From a virus: a stretch of 44,406 nt of DNA. Positions 41,471 to 44,406 of this stretch are shown here, in pieces. Made by a program: the position numbers and the translations under genes. The DNA is taken from IMG/VR virus record IMGVR_UViG_3300009702_000038, positions 1 through 44,406 of that record; one strand, 5' to 3'. Each line of letters starts with the position of its first letter. Within the stretch, counting starts at the first letter, position 1. The notes under the pieces were generated by a model. The model was not told the DNA's origin, searched no databases, and saw nothing but the letters and a program-made list of their open reading frames with translations.

Positions 41471-43156
41471 TTAGTCAAACTCGATGACCGCTGAGAGGTT
41501 GAAAATAACCGATCCTGTGAAAGCAACGGACTTGTAGCAAACAAGGAGAATGTCTCCCGCCGCAACAGAATCAGCAAGCCCCGTTTGACTGAGCTTGTAG
41601 GTTGCCCATGCCGTTGCGCCCGTTAGTGTCTGCTTGCTTCCAAGGAGTACTCCGGTCGGGTTAGCGATGGCGCTTCCTTCCGTGGTGGTGAACTTATAGA
41701 GGGCAACATCACCATCAATCGTTCCTGCGGAATGTCCGTACTGTAGGTAGATGTCTGAGATTTTCCCCGCCTTCGGCACGAGGTATCCGCCCCACCCATT
41801 CCCGTTTGTGCTAAACGCGGGGTCCGCTCCACTACCCAACGTGTCCGCCATGTTGGATACGCTGAACAAGGATTGCGCATCCGAAGATACCCACGTCCCT
41901 GCGTTGCCTGTCCATCGACCCGCGTCATGAAACACCGCAACCTGCTTACCAAGACGGATGTCTTGGCCCGCGTCGTCAGTGAACATAGGCACGCAAGGCG
42001 CGTCATCACGGACCCAAAAATCCCCATGTGCTGCCAGGGTTGCAGCAGCAGCAGCTTTCTCTTTGAGGCGTTGCGTAGCCGTGGCACTTGCGTTTGTGAT
42101 TATGCCCGCTGCCTCTGTAACACTTGAGGAATCTTTCAGAATCTTGCCAGTCACCCCACTAAAAAGAGCAACACGATTATCTACAGAGCTAGCCGGACCG
42201 GTCACATCCCCAGAGGAGCTTGGTAGCTTGCTTATTAGAACCTTCTTTTTGCCGTACCCCGCTGCGCTGTCCTCAATGACAAGAACGTCATTATTTGCCG
42301 GAGAATCTTTAGCGACGAGTACGGAAAGCTCGTTACTGCCATCTGTGTGAACCGCCGTAGCGTCTGGGCTGCTTGGCAGGTTAGTTGCCTTGACCTTTTT
42401 CTTTACGTACCCCGCCGCGCTATCCTCGATGAGAAATAGGTCACTATCAACAACATTGCTTTTCTCCGTGAGGACCGACACTTCGTTGGCAACATTATCA
42501 TGAATAGCATCGGCGTCATTCCCTGTTGGGAGTTTGCTTATTAGAACCTTCTTCTTAGCGTATCCTGCTGCGCTGTCCTCAATGACAAGAACGTCGGCGC
42601 TCGCGGGGCTATCTTTAGCAGTGAGCGGGGTAAGCTCGTTACTGCCATCTGTGTGAACAGCGGTCGGGTCCGGGGCACTAACACCCGCAACCTGTACTTT
42701 CCCGTTCCCCTTGTCAAAAACATTGAAAGTGTCTTTGTCGAAGTCAACCCATCCTACGTCCCCGCGTACCTCTGCGTCACCCTCAGACACCTTGAGAGAG
42801 CCTTCGTACTTGTCGTTGTACGGCTGCATGCCTTCGGGGTACGTCGCCGTTGACGTGAGGTAAAAAGAGAAAGTCGTGGTTGCTGCATCCTCAGTCACCG
42901 TGAAAAGGGTCGGGTCCTTATCCCACCCTGCGGCGCGCGATAGGGTAAAGCGATTCACGCCCCCGCCAATGTCTGTAACGGTTGCTGTGTAGCCAACCTG
43001 CGCCCCACCGTTCCCGGTGTCGTAGACATACTCATCCCCCGCGCTCTGGTTCGCCTTGATGATGAGGGAGGCGTAGCCACTAGGGATGTCAAAAGAGATG
43101 CTATCGCCGGGGGCGACAACGCTGTTTGCGGTTGGATTGATATTCGTGATAGTCAT
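41471..43156 (-). CDS. Tail fibre / receptor-binding protein with three internal repeats (561 aa)
   Basis: Follows the internal-virion genes, as T7 gp17 does. Threefold module D..VIEDSAAGY.KKKV....LP. Confidence 0.7.
   Translation of the reverse strand: MTITNINPTANSVVAPGDSISFDIPSGYASLIIKANQSAGDEYVYDTGNGGAQVGYTATVTDIGGGVNRFTLSRAAGWDKDPTLFTVTEDAATTTFSFYLTSTATYPEGMQPYNDKYEGSLKVSEGDAEVRGDVGWVDFDKDTFNVFDKGNGKVQVAGVSAPDPTAVHTDGSNELTPLTAKDSPASADVLVIEDSAAGYAKKKVLISKLPTGNDADAIHDNVANEVSVLTEKSNVVDSDLFLIEDSAAGYVKKKVKATNLPSSPDATAVHTDGSNELSVLVAKDSPANNDVLVIEDSAAGYGKKKVLISKLPSSSGDVTGPASSVDNRVALFSGVTGKILKDSSSVTEAAGIITNASATATQRLKEKAAAAATLAAHGDFWVRDDAPCVPMFTDDAGQDIRLGKQVAVFHDAGRWTGNAGTWVSSDAQSLFSVSNMADTLGSGADPAFSTNGNGWGGYLVPKAGKISDIYLQYGHSAGTIDGDVALYKFTTTEGSAIANPTGVLLGSKQTLTGATAWATYKLSQTGLADSVAAGDILLVCYKSVAFTGSVIFNLSAVIEFD
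42229..42668. repeat. Intragenic direct repeats in the tail-fibre gene (about 130 bp units about 310 bp apart, with a diverged middle copy)
   Basis: cttattagaaccttctt..gc.gta.cc.gctgcgctgtcctcaatgacaagaacgtc occurs at about 42229 and about 42536. Diverged copy near 42400. Confidence 0.75.
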
Positions 43157-44406
43157 TAGTAACTCTGAAGCCGTTGCGTGAAGGTGAAGGCGTTATCGCC
43201 ATCTTGGGGGTGTTCTTGGTGGAAATGACCGTTGGGGCTTCCTCCCACGGCCTGAGCTTGCTGTTCGTTTTGCGCGTAGTTGCTCTGTAGCTGCATGATA
43301 ACCTCGCCGCTGCTAATCGGGTCACCACCGCCTAGAAACTTGGTAACACCCTTGTAGGTTGCGCGGGGGGTAGTGATAGGGTCCATCTTGTCGAGGAGCT
43401 GAGACAGGAGGACGGAAAGCTCAGCGTACATCGAGGGTCGCGTGACGCGCACAGAATCAATCATGTCCTGCGTGACCTCGCCGGTCGTCGCTGCGTAGGC
43501 CACGTCAATAGGGTCAACCATCGCGGCGAACGTCTCTGCAAAGCGCTGTGCCTTCTCTCTGTTCGGCGGCCTGTTCTTTCCGTAGAGGGTGCGGTCAACA
43601 CGGCCTAGCTTGTTCGCTAGGAAATACAGCGCTTGGGTGGACTGCACGCCCGCCATGTTATGAACCTCGATGCTCTGCGATTCTTGTGAGAGGAAGGGCT
43701 GTAGCTCTTGCGCCAGGTGCTCAGGGTTGCCCACGAGCATCGGAATCTTTTCCTGCATCTGCATGAACATGTGCTGCTTCTCCTCCATCGGAGTCTCTTT
43801 CAAGATGCGGAGAGAGCGGTTGACGTACAGGGGAATCTTGCCGGACCGGATAAGCATATCTCCGAAGTCCACAAACTGCTTGAAGCGATGGGCAATCTCG
43901 TCAGCACGCCCCTCCATGCGGGCTTCAAGGGCGCCTGCTGTCTCAACGTCTCCGGCCTTCACCTTCTCGAAGCGGGCTTTGTGATTGATAGCCGCACTCT
44001 TCCGTGCTTTGTTGAGCTTCACTGCATCAACGTAGGCCACCTTGCCTGTCACGAGAGCATCCTCTACGCGGTCGAGCGTGTTAGTGATGCCCCGGAGCTG
44101 GTTGAAGTCTAGGAGGCCGGAGGCGTGCAGATGGTCGAGACCGCCGCGCACTTCACCTATGGCGTGGTCGAGAGCCGTCAAGTCTGTCCCATCGGGAATC
44201 TTGGAAAGGTCGTCGGGAATGTCGAGCCTGCGCAGCTCAGAGAAGCCATCGGAAAGACGGTCGATGCCTTTGTTCAAGTTACGCGCCTGCTCCAGGGCCT
44301 TCCCGGTGCCCCAGATAGTCGTATCCTCGGTAATCGTGCGGAGTGCTTCGTCGAGCCCCTTAGTTGCGCGGTTGCCAACCTTCCCCTTGAGGGCCAAGTC
44401 GAGCCG
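43156..44406 (-). CDS. C-terminal part of the junction-spanning internal-virion/ejection-type protein (see 1..1461)
   Basis: The ORF stays open to the right window edge. The track start at 44397 is an internal TTG. The stop is in a TAATG overlap with the tail-fibre start. Confidence 0.7.
   Translation of the reverse strand, partial: RLDLALKGKVGNRATKGLDEALRTITEDTTIWGTGKALEQARNLNKGIDRLSDGFSELRRLDIPDDLSKIPDGTDLTALDHAIGEVRGGLDHLHASGLLDFNQLRGITNTLDRVEDALVTGKVAYVDAVKLNKARKSAAINHKARFEKVKAGDVETAGALEARMEGRADEIAHRFKQFVDFGDMLIRSGKIPLYVNRSLRILKETPMEEKQHMFMQMQEKIPMLVGNPEHLAQELQPFLSQESQSIEVHNMAGVQSTQALYFLANKLGRVDRTLYGKNRPPNREKAQRFAETFAAMVDPIDVAYAATTGEVTQDMIDSVRVTRPSMYAELSVLLSQLLDKMDPITTPRATYKGVTKFLGGGDPISSGEVIMQLQSNYAQNEQQAQAVGGSPNGHFHQEHPQDGDNAFTFTQRLQSY
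44284..44406. repeat. Terminal direct repeat (right copy), identical to 1..123
   Basis: Direct comparison of both window ends. Confidence 0.95.

Noticed and set aside
41471-43156. Diversity-generating retroelement acting on the repeated tail-fibre region
   Set aside because: There is no reverse transcriptase gene and no non-coding template repeat elsewhere. The repeats are intragenic tandem modules.

Overview
The window is a complete tailed dsDNA phage genome with terminal redundancy. Bases 1-123 are identical to 44284-44406, giving a unit length of 44,283 bp. The virion-gene order is podovirus/T7-like. There are three transcription blocks. (1) A minus-strand late block runs 17709->1 and continues through the window junction as 44283->38378. 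It carries unknowns, a split GNAT acetyltransferase, large terminase, portal, scaffold and major capsid. It then carries adaptor- and nozzle-like proteins, four internal-virion-type proteins (one spans the junction) and a tail fibre with internal repeats. It ends with a membrane/lipoprotein/serine-protease cassette, a LamG-like protein and a Cys-His peptidase endolysin. (2) A minus-strand early/middle block runs 31252->18683. It carries a YqaJ-type exonuclease, an ERF annealase, a DUF3310 protein, a family A DNA polymerase and many small ORFs. It also carries a secreted beta-helix protein, a lipoprotein and a sigma-70-family factor. (3) A plus-strand block runs 31506->38448. It carries an HNH endonuclease, a DnaB-like ATPase, a PD-(D/E)XK nuclease, a SLOG/DUF2493 protein, a metallophosphoesterase, zinc-ribbon proteins and an HslV/proteasome-like hydrolase. 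I found no integrase, no single-subunit RNA polymerase, no CRISPR array and no reverse transcriptase. The main points for follow-up are as follows. (a) A ~35-bp promoter-like element occurs six times; four copies end exactly at an ATG, and one points antisense into the terminase gene. (b) In-frame TAA codons interrupt both the sigma factor and the GNAT gene. (c) The HslV-like gene has no canonical start codon. (d) Two tandem tRNA-like structured elements lie between coding genes. (e) A lipoprotein trypsin-like protease sits in the lysis-like cassette. (f) A ~970-bp non-coding region carries three terminators and several repeat families. All functional calls come from motifs read by eye and from synteny; no database search was run.
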